Assembly: GCA_015680685.1 (NCBI GenBank)
Contig: MNCI01001632.1
Coordinates: forward strand, 1-64,000
Direction: 5' to 3'
Length of the DNA: 64,000 bases
From: Gnetum montanum
Lineage: Eukaryota; Plantae; Gnetophyta
The position numbers and the translations under genes are program-made. Below the pieces are notes generated by a model. That model saw nothing but the letters and a program-made list of their open reading frames with translations. It made no database searches and was not told the origin of the DNA. Shown piece after piece: positions 62,201 through 64,000 of this stretch. Every line of letters begins with the position of its first letter. The first letter of the stretch is position 1.

Positions 62201-63788
62201 TGTTATGACTTTCCATCGGGTTATACAACTAGCCCATAGATGTTTCTCATTATTCCTATAAGAATTTTATCTTTGCAAATGATGTTGACTTGGCTTTTAA
62301 AGAGGTAGTATCTCCACTTCAATGAGAAGACTAGTGCTAGACAATACTTCTTCACTTCAGTGTATCATGTCTCATGAACAACTAATGCATGGCTAAGGTA
62401 GTATACTAGCATCTTTACTTCATCATCACATTTCTAAAAAAATAGAGAGGTAATAGATATTTCAAGATAGTAAGGTAGATGTAAAAAGGTTTACCCTCTT
62501 GTAGAAGATAAACTATTAGCAATTATGCCAACTCTTGCTTAAAGTTTTCAAAGGCCTCTTGGCATTGAGCCATTCACTCATAGTGAACCCCTTTCTTAAG
62601 AAAGTGTTGCATGGATTGTAACTTATTTGTAAGCCTAGCGATGAACCTAGGAATAAATTATAATCTACCTTGCAATTCCCAAAGCTCCTTAAGGTTGGTA
62701 GGTACTACCATGTTGGATATGACCTTAAACTTATCAGGATCAACATGAATTCTTGTTTTAGATAGTAGAAAGCCAAGAATATTACCAATCTTAACACCAA
62801 AAACAAACTTCCTGGGATTGAAACTTAGTAATATTTAAGGCATCATTTAAGCACAAGTTCTAGGTCATGTGTATGGTCATTAGCCACTTCGAACTTAACA
62901 ACTATATCGTCTACATAATCGTTGAACAAATCTAGCATGTAGTCACTAAATATGTATGTCATGACTCTCTATTAGGTTGCTCCTGCATTCATAAGGTCAA
63001 AGGACATCATGGTATAGTAAAAGGTACCCCAAGGGGTCATGAAGGTTATGCTAAGTTGATATTCTAGGTTGATCCTATTTGGTTATATCCAGAGAGCCCA
63101 TCTATGAAGGACAATAAGGCATCTCCAGCCATAGTATTAATAAGTTGGTCAATACTAGGCAAAGGAAAATCATCCTTGATGGTTGCCTTGTTTAGGTCTT
63201 AGAAATCAATGTGAATGAAAATACTCCCATTTTTCTTAGGTACTACTACAATGTTGAACATCCATTCTATGTAATCAATGGCTCTAATAAAACCATCTTG
63301 ATACAGTTTTTTGATTTAATCATGAACTACCAAGATCAAATTAGGTCTAATCTTGAAAACCTTCTACTTAACTAGTCTAATGCTAGGATCAAGGATGATG
63401 TTGTGTTGCACTAAATGTGGATTTAGGCCTAGCATACCTTCATATGACTAGGCAAAGGCCTTAATTTTATCTTGTAGGACCTTTGTGTGTCATTTTAGGG
63501 TTTTCTCCTTACCATTATGTCTCATGATAGGAACCTCAACTAGGAAGCCTTCAAAAATGTCTCCAACCTCGAGGTCAAGGGTCTTAACTAGGTTTTAAAT
63601 CCATTCTAGAGGTTTCTCTATAGAGGCCATGTGTTCAACAAGACTCTTAGGCTCAAGATCTAGGTAACCAAGTTGATACATCATTCAACACCATAGTGAG
63701 GCCCACTTGGGCTCAAAGGAAAATTGGTCTACTTCCAGGTACTCATACTTCAGTCCTACATATCAACCATAAGCACATTAAGTTGCAC
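59206..63788 (-). pseudogene. pol: pol of D (RT-RH-aRH-INT), split by a solo LTR
   Basis: DDFPLPSIDQLI; DYVDD at ~62910; HFDKAS; EYEGLIRG; INT QANGPVEA. Confidence 0.92.
60610..61723 (-). mobile_element. Solo LTR (1114 bp) inserted in the pol of D
   Basis: TGTAAC...GGTGTTTCA; perfect TSD GATGT at 60605-60609 and 61724-61728; removing it restores DVDIQHI. Confidence 0.95.
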
Positions 63789-64000
63789 CTATCTATAAAT
63801 GCATAAATAATATCAAAATGTTATGAAATCTAGTAAACACATGCTTATTCAAATGCTTACTATAATGGAAATAAGGTTATCCAAGGCTATGAGGTAATAG
63901 TAAGGAAAACAAGTGGGACAAAGGCCAAACAAAGATCAAAAAAGGTTTGATAAAAGTCCAAAAGTGTCAAGTAAGATCAAATATGACAAATAAGCCAAAA

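Larger units (their letters stand above)
57190..64000 (-). mobile_element. Element D: Tat-like gypsy, 3' part (partial LTR to 58012, PPT, 3' region, pol, start of the pro-RT interval)
   Basis: LTR end GGTGTTTCA at 58012, homologous to the A and E LTR ends; hairpin motifs at 59005-59150; pol closely similar to A. The LTR's left edge is unresolved. Confidence 0.85.

Overview
This is heavily methylation-decayed (C>T/G>A) land-plant repetitive DNA, probably from a large genome such as a gymnosperm or fern (inference). It contains no host gene and consists of nested Ty3/gypsy LTR retrotransposons. F (CRM/chromovirus-like, +, 1-3425) is interrupted by Tat-like E (-, 3426-~56470). E's 3' region hosts Tat-like A (-, 5558-~53039), inserted in a GA microsatellite. 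A hosts full-length Tat-like B (-, 18452-37622, TSD GTAGG) and a pol-less Athila-like element C (-, 38915-47064). Two solo LTRs have perfect TSDs (34231-35480 and 60610-61723), and a further Tat-like element D runs off the right end. Main discovery: in these Tat elements gag-pro and RT-RH-aRH-INT are separated by 6-10 kb that ends in a conserved phase-0 splice acceptor. In both A and B this interval carries an antisense gene of about 8 exons with conserved intron positions. Its conceptual product has an N-terminal FCP1/SCP (NIF, HAD-family CTD-phosphatase-like) domain, a plant-transposon accessory domain, a coiled coil and (in B) an acidic tail. Arrays of a covarying 4-bp-stem/6-nt-loop hairpin motif follow both sense stop codons and precede the acceptor. 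All ORFs are degenerate, and translations and family calls were made by eye.
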